A stretch of 54,577 bases of DNA, filler included, from Sluysia triapertura (taxonomy: Eukaryota): NCBI GenBank assembly GCA_046118255.1. It is 4 parts of 4 records of this genome, joined end to end, with 100 filler letters (N's around TTAATTAATTAA, not from the genome) between each part and the next. Parts side by side here need not be neighbours in the genome. Positions count along the whole stretch, not along the records: positions 1 to 11,629 come from JBJNIA010182668.1; 3 more parts are not named here. One strand, written 5' to 3'. Numbering within the stretch: the first letter of the stretch is position 1; each line of letters begins with the position of its first letter. This document shows positions 1 through 11,629 of the stretch, one piece after another. A program made the translations under genes and the position numbers. Below the pieces are notes generated by a model. It did no database searches, was not told the DNA's origin, and was given only the letters and a program-made list of their open reading frames with translations.

Positions 1-8
1 TATTATTA

Positions 9-73
<65 letters not shown>
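1..73. repeat. (TAT/ATT)n microsatellite
   Basis: Near-perfect trinucleotide run at the window start. Confidence 0.95.
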
Positions 74-77
<4 letters not shown>

Positions 78-180
78 GATATCGCCAAAAAGTATCACTG
101 ACATTTGGTGATACTATATGAGAAGTGATATTATTTAGTGCTTTCATTTTTTCAACAAAAAATCTTAAAAAATAAAAACT

Positions 181-1220
181 CTATTCATCCTCATCTAAGC
201 ATTCGATGTCCTCATTATACTCATTTTCGTCAAAAATAGACTCGCGATTGAGTTGTCCCTCTTGGTTTGAAATAGGCCACATGCCTCACAGAATCTTCTA
301 CCATATGCGAGATGTTTAGCTATATGTCAATCTTCATATGTTGACCAAATCCAGATGATATTATTGAGTTTTGTAAAGTTTCAGTCTTCATATCATTCTG
401 AGACTCGCCAACCCACGAATGCTCTTGAATTGCCATTTGTGGTATATTCAACAGATTAAGAGTTTTTCCATTCATAAATACGCAAAAATATTAAATCTTT
501 CAATGAGCGGAAAATTCCTACATCTCCTGCTTGAAGATGTGGTGTCCACCCACCCAGGATGAATATCATCTCTATCTTTCGCCTACTACAATGACATTTA
601 GCTTGTGTGTACTTGACAAGAATCCTAAACAATACACTTGCATCAATCAAAGGAAACATGTAGTCGATCTACTTTATAATTAATTCTTGGCTGACCCAAG
701 ATTTTGACTGAGTGATACCTCCAACCTTGCCTTTATGAATTACTAATGGAATTGCCTATCTACCATCTGCCCAAATAGAAATTAGTGCTGTAACTCACAC
801 TAAATCCAGTTGATTCATAGATGACATATCATTCTAAAAAAATTGCTGTTTCGTCCATGATCAAAATTTTTTGAATATTTAAATGCACAATACGCGATTT
901 TACGTACAATTAATTCAGTGTCTGAATAAAATTCCTAAGACTGAAGCTGTTTCTTTTCATGAATCCAGTAATCCAGTTTCTAGTAGCTTTTAACTAAATA
1001 TTTAATTGCCCGTTGATTTATTTTCAAAAGGCATTTTTTAAGTCTTGTAAAATCAATTGTTAAAATTTGAAGAAAACAATTTAAAGCTAACAATCTTTAA
1101 ATTGGTAAATTGTACTCATTGCTTTTATAAGATCTATCTGCCAACTTTAATACCTTTTCAATTATTGTGAGTTTATGCATCCTTTGAAATACTGAGTACC
1201 AATTTCAATCTGCATCTTAA
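181..1220 (-). mobile_element. Degenerate pogo/Tigger-family transposase (CENP-B HTH + DDE_1), pseudogenised
   Basis: Minus-strand motifs lie in the expected order across frameshifts: LKATRNWITGFMKRNSFSLR (~993-930, HTH 'FKASxGWL..F.KRH.LSLR'), ILIMDETAIF (~867-840, first catalytic D), QSKSWV (~710-690), IFILGGWTPHLQAGDVGIFRSLK (~566-498, 'FIPGGCTS.LQPLDVG...PFK') and an acidic tail ending DEDE* at 181. The 5' limit is approximate. Confidence 0.85.
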
Positions 1221-1548
1221 AATCAATAAGAGATTTTTAAAATCTTATGAAACTCGAATTATTTTTAATAGAGTTGTGAAATCTCGTATTAATCCAACAC
1301 ATGTACCAAAGGCACTTTTAAAGCATCTTAAACGAACAATTTTTGTAACCATAAAATTATTAAATAATATTTGTTAAGGACACAAGTAGCACATTTATTT
1401 ACACAGTTATTATTAACTGATATACGATTTTTTAAGATTATTTGAACTCCATTTTAAGAATTCTCTTTTAAATCCTATAGACAAGCCATTTGCTCTAAGT
1501 CTTGGATCACAGGCGAACTTCATTAAGTTTAACTTTCATTTATGATAA

Positions 1549-1684
1549 TAGTCAAATCTGTTTTTATGCGGAGGATTGGGACTGTATAAAAAAGATTAAC
1601 AAATATGCCGAAACTTCGAAAATATCTTTAAAAAATTTTTCGCAAAACAATCAAAAATATATCGCACAAAAACAGGTTTGACTG
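1549..1684. mobile_element. ~136-bp Tc1/mariner-pogo-type MITE
   Basis: Left TAGTCAAATCTGTTTTTATGCG matches the reverse complement of the right end, CAGTCAAACCTGTTTTTGTGCG (19/22). The right end is followed by TA. CAGT termini are typical of pogo/Tigger MITEs. Confidence 0.75.
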
Positions 1685-4592
1685 TAGATTTCTTTTTTTA
1701 GTAACACAACCACATCAAATCAAATATCGAAATGACTTTCCATTTCTATTGGCAAGTTAAAAATACCTAGGATATCTAGGATGTTGTAGATTGTTTTAAG
1801 TCCAATTCACCTAATATATAAACGTTTCCTTTGTGAAATCATAATAATGAATAATTTAAGGCTTTTCAGAGTGAAACAGAAACCTGTTGATATTCATATA
1901 ACTAAGAATAACATTTATTTGTCTTTTATTTAAATTTCAAAAGTTATTCTTTTGTGACATATATCCACTTCTTTCAACTTTACTTGGTGTCAGAAATTCA
2001 ATTCTCCTATCTCACTTCTATATGAACATTACAATGAAGAAAAATTTTCGAATCTTATTTCCTGATTTTGTGAGTATATGCATTTTAAACTAGTTCTAGT
2101 TATTCTAGTTGTATACAATTGCTCAACAAATATTAATGTTTTAAGAGTATAATTATTTTTACAAATTTCAATAAAACTCTCATAAAATAATCTAATTAGA
2201 GCTATTTTAACCATTTTATAACTGGTACTTTTTCTATCAAATGTTATGTATCGCGAAATTTCCCAATACATAATACAGCAACAATTAAATAAATAAATAT
2301 TACATTTCAATGAAAATATTATTCAGTATTTTTGGTCAAAAATTTATTTTAAATTTGAATATTTAGTTTTCATTTTTATTAAATAATAATTTATCGTAAT
2401 CCAACACCAAAAATATTTTTCCGAAATAAGCCCAATATTAAATAAAATTATTTGATTTAGTAATATTTCATTTGCGAATAATGAAGAATAAAATGTTTTT
2501 ATGCGCGTTGTCAGAAACCCGCTTGAAAATTGCAAATATAAATTTCGGCATAATATTAAATTAAAATTTAGTTGTAAATAAAACAATATACTCAAAAAAA
2601 TATTTTCTTATGTTATCAATATTTTATATTTTCTAAATTATTAAAAATTTCAGATTTGTAAATTTAAAAATACACATTAAAAACGAAGTAATTACATACA
2701 TGAGTCACATTTACACAACATTCCCAAAATTTTATATTGAACCATATAATGTGACCTTAAAATTTATACTTTAATTTTTATTCCATAATGTGTACTATCC
2801 AAATACTAGAAAGTATTTATTAAAAATTTCATTATAATTGTTGCATATACAAATATAATTTGGCATTTCAAAATAAATATTCTCGATATTTAGCAAAGAT
2901 TTCAAGATAATTCATAATTTAAATTTTATCACTTAGGCATAGACCTATTTTCTCTTAAAAATCGAAAAATGACCTTGATCTATAAATAGATACACATTAA
3001 TAATATTTCAAACAAATATTGTATGTAATTGGGAATAATATTACTCTTTCTATCAAGAATGAAAAATCAATTAAATCACTATTCTGATTGGTCGACATTA
3101 ATCAGCTGATATTTTTCATTTAAATTGCATATAACTACATGTATTTTAATGTGAAAATTAAACGAACAAATTGATTAAATTTCTTAATGTTTATTATTAT
3201 TATTAATTTATTTTTAAAGAACTAATGCAAATATTAAAAGTAAACAATATGGTTGCAAAAATATTATCTTGCAATTATGTTACACTTTTTAAAGTGCATC
3301 AGTAATTAAAACTAAAGTCTGATAGTACACAGTGTTACCACTTATTGTTAATAATATTATATATTTATTTATGATGTCTTTATAAAAGGTATTTAAATCA
3401 AATTTATGTTTTAGTGATCAGCGCATCATTGATTGTCTTATTTTAACTTTAAAGCTATATATACGATCAGTGTGCAACATATTGTGCAACATAATCTGAT
3501 CATATCTATTTACATTAAATCTAATGTTCAACACAAAATCCAAAATCTTATGCATAAATATAATTTAAAATATATTGAATCCAAAATATAAGATAGAATT
3601 TGAAAAATTAAATAGCGCTTTACTCAATAAGTTTAAGAAAAAGTTATGAGTTAAAAGAGAGCCCATCAGGGACAAAAAAAATGTGATATTAGTAAAAATA
3701 GAAATGATATGTAAAACTCGCACACACAATAAACACAAGATAATTCAATTTGGTTAAAGTTATATTAGAGAATAAAATTAACTATCACGTAGAAGAAATT
3801 GGCTGCACAATCGGAAAAAATGCATAAATTAATATTATGTATATATTCAAGTATAAAATAATTAAACACACAGAAGAGATTAACTGTAGAAAAGATATTG
3901 TAGAATGAAATTAAAAAATACTATGCAAGGCAAAATTTTATATAGTTCAATAAACAAAATAAGACTTTTAGATCGATCGGTAAACATTTTTAAATTGATA
4001 TTGATAAAGTATTTTGTATACTTTCTTGACAATATATTAACTAATTTGAATTGGCGGATAATCTGTGGAACAACTTAGTTCAACGAAAGTCATGTAAGTA
4101 CAATTTACTAAATCTATATTTATAAAACAAAATTAAAAAATTTAAATCCAAAATAACTGGAACATAAATAATTAATCTCGACTCAAATTAGGTGTGGTTT
4201 TTTGTTTAATATTAAAATTATGTAGCATATACTTGATAGTGTAATATCGTATTTAGATTTTTCATAATGAATATATTTTCGTAACTGAAACTCTGTTATA
4301 ATAATTATAAAAAATGTTCACTGTAGTATTGCTTTCTCATAAAATTACTTATTCGAAATCATAAGTGTAGGTTAATCTATTGCTTTAATTATTGAACATA
4401 AGTCCAAAAAAACAATAAAATATTTCAAGTTATATTAAATTAAAAAATTAAAAATAAAAATTATAACTTCAAAGATCAAAGCTGTAATTTAATAGTTATA
4501 AAAATGTTCATTTTAATACTTGTCTGAGGAAAATTCGAATACACTTATATTAATAGTATATTTGTCATGATTTTACTTCTTTTGATTTTTTG

Positions 4593-5684
4593 TTACACAT
4601 TACATAAAAAGTTATTAAAAATTCTTAAAGATAAAAACCTGTCAATGTAAACCAATTCAAATCCACCCCTTGGAAGTAAAGTTTTACTAGATACTATAGA
4701 GGTATTTGGCAATTGACTTGGCAAGCCTAACTTGACAGGTTCTGTTAGATTCGCGAATATTTTCACTGTACAACAAAGTTTATTTCTGCTGTCCTCATAC
4801 ATTTTCATTCCACAATGATTTGTATTAAAGGTTTTTATAATCTCAAACATTTCTCGAGGCGTATCTCAGCTTCAGTAGTTACAAATCTTATTTGATGTGA
4901 CTGGTTATAAAGGTTTGGACTATTTACAGACGGTGGTGAGTTACATTCAAGAATCAAAGACCTTCCACTACTAGTGTCATTGGTATCTGAACTGGAAAAA
5001 TCATAAGGTCTTAAAACATCATCCATTAAACCATTATCAGTGAATTTATGATTGTGATTATAATGGTTTGCTTCACTATTTATATCTTTAGGCAAAACAG
5101 TAATTATTGAAGAATCGTTTGTAGATACTGAAGAGGCAGTTGCATCAAGAGAATCAAAGGGATCTGATATTTCATCGTCAAAAAATCGATCTGAATCTAA
5201 AAAAACATTTCAATCAAAATGTGTGGAGATAAATTAAAAGTTTCATTTAGAAACATGTACAAACCCATATCAAATGATAAATTATGACTATAACTATTTG
5301 ATACTGACGGTTTTGAATTACTAGAGGAAGAAGACGACGAGCTCATAGAAGACATCGTTGAAGATGTATCAGTTGTATTAATGTCTTCACCGGATGAATT
5401 TAGATCAAAACATAACGATAAAGGTCGCTTTTGCAATGATGCATCATCAATTTCTTTTAAAACTGGATTTTTTAACATAATCTGATCTTCGTATAATTTC
5501 AGAGAATCAGTTGTAACAAATGTTTTATCTCTTGAAATCGCTTTAGTACTATGAATATGAATCCGAAAATTAGCATCATTTTTTCGATTAATTGCGTAAT
5601 TTGCATCGGTACTGCGACGTCTATTCAACTGATGACCATCAGTCATTTTGGATATTATTAGGTACACTGTCCTTTTCACCACTT
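4593..5684 (-). CDS. Ser-rich protein of unknown function, partial; one apparent frameshift near 4860
   Basis: Acceptor AG ends at 5685. A 68-nt phase-1 GT-AG intron (5264-5197) joins ORF 5197-5712 in frame with ORF 4835-5095. The reading then continues in another frame (PREMFEIIKTFNTNHC..., ORF 4593-4850). Upstream exons were not identified. Confidence 0.5.
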
Positions 5685-6428
5685 CTAAACAAATAAAATT
5701 TTCATAATACAATTACTAACCAACAATTAACCAATTAGGTGCTTTTTAAAAATAGACACATATTAAATTAATCATAATGATTGGTGTAAATTTGAATGCA
5801 TGTTAATACAGGCCTTATTAATTTTCTAGTCCTTTTTAAACAAACAAATCAGCTTTAAGCAGACATGACTCATGCATCGAATTATTGGTACGAAAGGTTG
5901 TTTTAAACAAGAGCTTTTCTGTTGAAAATTATCATATGGCCTTATATGCATATAGATTTTTATTATATCTACTTTATATTGATTAATTTATAGTTAAATA
6001 ATAAATTGGATTAATGAAATTTTATGTACACGTAACTGTTATAAGGTACAAATATTCATTAATTTTCAGTGATAAATTAATAAATTAGATATAAATATTA
6101 AATAAACAAAAATTAAATACAGTTTAAAATGAAATTAAGACAGAAAAATTTAATGTTTATATACTAATTGGCTGAATCACTAAATAAATAATGTATTATT
6201 GTTTTTCTATGCAAATTACATAATTTAAGTACTTCAAAGAAAAGTTTTTATAGATATTTAATTTTCGTATTTGAATTTTAACTTTAAGCATTGAAATAAA
6301 TAATCGTTTGTTAATTTATCAAGTTTATGCCTTTATGTATTAATTCATATAATATATAACAATAAAGAGAGGCAGATCCAATAATTCTAGAGAATTATTA
6401 TTCAACTTAATGCTGTTGGTTTACCTGT

Positions 6429-6613
6429 ATAACTCATAATTGGCCGCTAAAAATTCTTAATCGAGCCGCCGCTGAGTCGGGCCTTGTTTACATTTCGAAA
6501 GTTTGGATAACGGCATTATACGCCGCCTTGTATAACGTATTGCTACGTCAGCGACTACTGAATTTCATACAAAAAATGACGTAATACTAAGTCAACGGCC
6601 ATTAATGAGTTAA
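6429..6613. mobile_element. ~185-bp piggyBac-like MITE
   Basis: TIR CTCATAATTGGCCG (6433-6446) matches the right-end reverse complement CTCATTAATGGCCG (12/14). Flanks are ATAA and TTAA. The interior is more GC-rich than its surroundings. Confidence 0.6.
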
Positions 6614-6650
6614 AACATTAAAGTGAAAAATGTGAGTTCGCCGGTGATCT

Positions 6651-6811
6651 TGTTAGACTTTCGTAAAATGGACTGACCGGGGGGATCGAACCCGGGACCA
6701 TCGCTGCGCAGTTCGACTGCTCTACCACTGAGCTATCAGCCCTGTCTAACAATTTCATTTTCAATATATTCAATTATACTACTTGGCACTTTTAGGCCTT
6801 TTATCCCAACA
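6651..6811 (-). mobile_element. tRNA-carrying cassette, copy A (TGTTGGGA...GTCTAACA)
   Basis: Near-identical inverted copy of 9148-9307, including ~70 bp upstream and ~18 bp downstream of the tRNA-like body. Homology stops at or within a few bases of the TG/CA ends. Confidence 0.8.
6669..6742 (-). tRNA. tRNA-Ala-like RNA (nominal TGC anticodon, aberrant anticodon arm), copy A
   Basis: Acceptor stem GGGCTGA/TCAGTCC with G3:U70 and A73; D arm GCTC-AGTGGTA-GAGC; T arm CCGGG-TTCGATC with two extra C; TTTT immediately downstream. Positions 27-31 GTCGA do not pair with 39-43 AGCGA. Confidence 0.7.
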
Positions 6812-8169
6812 TATGATCGAATAATTGGATAAACTAGAATAATAGTGAAGGAACGATTCTGAATTTCATGTTTATTTATATAAAGAACGTAAAGTTTATA
6901 TATTAAGCATTTAAAATGTTTTTAATTCGTTATAAGTTATTAAAATTAGAAAAAGTCATACCGAAATTTTAGCTGTCATTGCATGAAGAAATATGATGTT
7001 AAAAAAATGTTACTGAAGTTTTTTACAAAAGTTTTTATTGAATTCTACAAATAAACGTTTAAAGTAAAGTTAATTCGTGGAATCAATCATTTTTTGAATA
7101 TTAGCAATTTGATAAGATCTGGTAGGTTTAGTCTAATTTAGTTTGCATAATGGGTATCGGTTTTGTGCAAACAAAGGAATTTATAATGTGTAGAATGTGT
7201 TATTTGCTAACTGTTGGATTGTGGACCATTATAAACCTAATTTGTTGATATAATTTGATTATTTGATTTTAAATAATAATAACATTTAATTTCTGATTAT
7301 TTACTATTTTTATTTTTTTCCTATTTTGAAATATAAACAATAAAAATAAGCCTTTCAAGTCTCATAACTGTTATTAATAAAATAACTAATAATATAATTA
7401 CAATACATCGAGTGTAAAATCAATAACAAGTTATATCTACAAAAATTAATAACACAACTTAAGTAGAAGACTCAAAAGTTTATAATATTGTCACTACTAA
7501 CAAAATGACTAGAATAGCACTTTTGATTATTAAATATTTTTATTTTTATTTTTTATTATTAATTGTATGATAATATTTGACTTTTGATTTTTTGAAGAAT
7601 TTTTTAAATAATATAATAATAATAATTATAATAATAATAATCATTATTATATTATTATTTAATATTTAAAAAAATTGTTTTAATTCTTCAAAATACAACA
7701 GCAAATATAAACAAAATTGTAAAATTTTGTAAAAATATGAACAAAAAAGTAAGAAAATTTACTGTAAATAGATAATGAAATGCTGGGACAAAATCAATAA
7801 ATAATATAGGAGAATAAACAAATTGTGAAAGAAAGCATAGATTTTAATTCTCGGAAAATATATACATTTTTGGAATCTATAATCAAAATCCTATATAAAT
7901 AATCGATAATTTTTTCCATGTATGGGTAAAATTTTAATCGTAAGGATAGGATCATTAAAATACACGTAAATTAGCATTAATTCATCATATGCCGTAGCTT
8001 GATAGGTAAAACCCATTTAAAATTTATGTTGTTTATACCTAAACCTTAAGTTTAAGGTATTAACTTGCATATTATTATTTCATTATTATTTAATTTTATT
8101 GTAAATTTGCTTTTTTGTATGTCGATAATAGAAACTTAAGAAATCATTGTTTTCGTTATATTTTAATAA

Positions 8170-8273
8170 TTTAAACTATGTTTTACGTAAGTCAGACCGT
8201 AATAGGCTGGTTTAAATTCTAAAATCTTATTTAAAAAAATGGCTGACTTAACTTATAAAAAATAGATTTAAAA
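8170..8273. repeat. Imperfect inverted repeat (small fold-back or MITE relic)
   Basis: TAAGTCAGACC (8188-8198) pairs with GGCTGACTTA (8241-8250); AT-rich outer arms TTTAAACTATGTTTTA / TAAAAAATAGATTTAAA extend it. Confidence 0.45.
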
Positions 8274-9147
8274 TATAAAGAGAATTAATAACATATTTCC
8301 ATTTGAATAGTATGGACAAGCACCTCATATTACATAACAACCAAGTGAAGTATAATTGTTTATATATAATTAACAGCTAATTTCTTATTTGTAAAAATCT
8401 AATTAGAGTATCTTCGTTCAGATATAAAACGTGTCTCATTAGTCGGACCAATCTCCAGAAATTATTCATTTTGCTAGTTAGGTTTCTTTGAAATAAAATC
8501 AAAACATAACTGTATATAAATGTGATTAAAAATTTACTACATAAGAGAGGTGATTTCGAAACAATATTATTGGGATCGTGAATAAGGAATTATATTTCAT
8601 CTAACGACACTGATTTTGAACTCAATATCTAATTTTAATTTAATTTAAATTAAAATTTTAATAATTAAAAATTTGTCCTCATTAAATCGAACGAAAAATT
8701 GAAGTGCAATTTAAGTCTAGTTTCTTTAGGAAACCTCAAAAGTTAGTGCATATAATTTTTTTGCTACATTAAAATTCTCCAAATCCTTTACAAAAATCAA
8801 AATGGCGATTTTTACTTAAAATTATAAAGATTATAAATAAAATCGGGTTCTTTCAAATTGAATAAGATTTTGCCTTAAGGTTAAGTTACAGGAAAAAAAT
8901 CTAGCAGAATAATTCTAGTTTTAAAATTTTATCAAAACTATCAATTTATAATAAGAATTAATCATTCTTAATAAATTAATATATTTTATCGTGTAGATAC
9001 TTATATATGCTTTAGTAAATTGTATAGTCTGTGGAATATTTATATGCATTGTAGTGATTCAAAATCATTTCAAAGATCAAAATGAATTCATTAAACAATA
9101 AATAATGAATTCACATTTATTTATCTATCATCTTACCTTCGTCTATA

Positions 9148-9307
9148 TGTTGGGACAAAAAGGCCTAAAAAGTGCCAAGTAGTATAATTGAATATATTGA
9201 AAATGAAAAGGTTAGACGGGGCTGATAGCTCAGTGGTAGAGCAGTCGAACTGCGCAGCGATGGTCCCGGGTTCGATCCCCTGTCAGTCCATTTTACGAAG
9301 TCTAACA
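9148..9307 (+). mobile_element. tRNA-carrying cassette, copy B, flanked by TATA direct repeats
   Basis: TATA|TGTTGGGAC...GTCTAACA|TATA, with TATA at 9144-9147 and 9308-9311; homologous to 6651-6811. Confidence 0.8.
9219..9290 (+). tRNA. tRNA-Ala-like RNA (nominal TGC anticodon, aberrant anticodon arm), copy B
   Basis: 72 nt with canonical spacing, A box TAGCTCAGTGG, B box GGTTCGATCCC, G3:U70, A73 and TTTT at 9291-9294. One T-stem mismatch. The anticodon arm is identical to copy A and unpaired in the canonical register. Confidence 0.7.
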
Positions 9308-10326
9308 TATACACTAGCGCATTTATACATTGTAAACTTTATTAATCATTTTTATATCAAAATTAAATATTAAATTTAATAAATATAATAATTATTTCTA
9401 AGAGATAATTAATAATTTATAAACATTTTCTAATTTACTTCATAATGGCTATAATTTTGGTTATTGATTTGTTTTAATATGTACATAAACTACAAAATGG
9501 TTAATTTTTAATTATGTGCAACTATTTTGAGACGAAGTATTCCATATATTCCACGTTTTAGCATCATCATCAAAATTCATAAATTATTTGGTAAAAGTTT
9601 GAAAAGACGTAGGCATACCGATGTGACATTTTAATGTTACTGTTGCGTCTCTAGAATTTTATTAATTATTACAACTCAACATTACTTTGATTAGCTTAAA
9701 AGAATCTAATTATTTAAGTAATCAGAATATCAAGTATAATTTTGCAGTAATCTTCTTTCTTAATATTACTAACTATTACCACAAATTTAAGTTCTTTAAA
9801 ATCAAATCAAAACTAAGACAATAATGTACTATTAAAGAAAAATCAATATATAATTTATTATTAATGAGTCTTCACTAAATAAAACTAAAATGACAAAAAT
9901 AACAATAGCATTTATAATAATATCAAGTGTAAATATTGTAATTAAACTTCATGTAAATTTTTTTAAAAATATAAGAAGTAAAATTGTAAAATTAAAAATA
10001 TAAATTGTACATATTGTAATTTAATTAAACTTTTTATGTAAATTTAGAATTAATCATCTTACTTAATTTTAAAAAGGGAATGAACTAATCATTTTAATAA
10101 ACTAAATATTTACATTAGCTATTTGAAAAATCAAATGTTTATATTATTAAATTTAAATGAAAAATTAAATGTTTATATTATTAAATTTAATATTCATATC
10201 AAAAATACAAGATTCGAAAATAAAATGTTTACATTATTAAATTTAAATATTAAATCGGAAATAAATAGCATACAGAATTATCGTCTCTACAAACCTTCTC
10301 AACAAAAGACTACGCGACTAAATTTT

Positions 10327-10448
10327 GGAGAATTAATCGTCTCGGATAGTGATAATTCCTATTTGAAAAACATTATTTACGGAGAATATCATTAATCGCC
10401 TAAGACAGTGAAAAGTCTTATTCGGAAAACGTTATTTAAGAAGAATAC
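10327..10448. repeat. Diverged ~55-bp tandem duplication
   Basis: The pattern GGAGAAT..TTAATCG.CT..GA.AGTGA.AA.TC.TATT..GAAAA..TTATTTA occurs twice. Confidence 0.5.
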
Positions 10449-11629
10449 CTCCAGAGATTTATCAGATCCATGAATAATAAGTATGCTATTTATTTTAAGT
10501 TTGCGGCAATAATATTTGCCTTAAAATACACTTAAATTTCTTTAATCCTTTGAAACTCAAGCATTAGGCTGAGTCAAAATCTATTTTAAAATTTGTTGAT
10601 TTTTGTTTTTATATACATATTTGATAATTTAATTTACCTTTACATATTTTATATTATAATATATAATTACTTTGTACTCAGTTATTATTTTAATAAAAAT
10701 TCGGTCTTTTCTTTATTGTATAAGTTTATTTAAAGGAGTCGAAAAGAAAGATAAAGTATAAATATAAAGATTAATTTGTAATTTTCGTTAAAAGGACTTA
10801 AATTTAATAGTTAATTAATTATTGATTAAGAAATTTGTTAAGCGTCCATTGAATTAACTTAAGAATTAATTGATCATACACTGAAACCTTCATAATTACA
10901 AAGTATAAGGGCTCTTTGCGTAGAATTCTGACTTTACAAAAGTTTCTTGTGAGTACGTCTTTCGCGCAATATAAACTGTACCTTACAGGCGAACCTTTAA
11001 ATTTTTTACAATTGTTTTTATAATTTTTTATAATTGTTCTTAACTTAGAAAAAGTAGAACACAAGGATACTACAATCTAATTAAAATAAAACAACCAGGA
11101 GTGACGCAACAAACACTAGCAATGTCAATATCTAAAAAATTAATAGTAATTATGTTACTTAAATATTTTTGTTCAACATAACCAAGAGTAATCACGATTA
11201 CAATAAAATTCTTTGGTAAAAATACCTTTTTCAAAACTTAACAGTAATCTCTAAAGAAGAAATATTTAATATTTTGATAAAATAAATTACGTAGGGTATT
11301 TCCCACAAAACTACATTGTGAAAGGCTGAAACTCAAATATAATCTTTAGTACACATAATTCGTTGGAATATTTGGAATACATAATTTATTGGAATATTCA
11401 AATTGGATCGCTACTGAAAAGTCGGAATCACAGAATAAATATTTACTGGTTGGAAACTTTGGATAATCCTTCAAGAAAAAATTATTTGTCGGTTAAAATT
11501 GACGTTGCTTGGAATCATTACCCGAGAGAACTTCGATTATTGGAATTCACAGAATATTTATTAACCGTAAGCTATTTATATTAAGTTTTATACAGTGATA
11601 TACTGTATTAAAATCAACTCAAAATCGCA

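Noticed and set aside
9148-9307. Classical tRNA-derived SINE interpretation
   Set aside because: Copies share ~70 bp upstream of the tRNA 5' end and have no A-rich or LINE-like tail, which does not fit target-primed retroposition of a Pol III transcript.
9188-9373. 61-aa ORF overlapping the tRNA-like sequence
   Set aside because: A chance reading through the GC-rich tRNA body, with no protein features.
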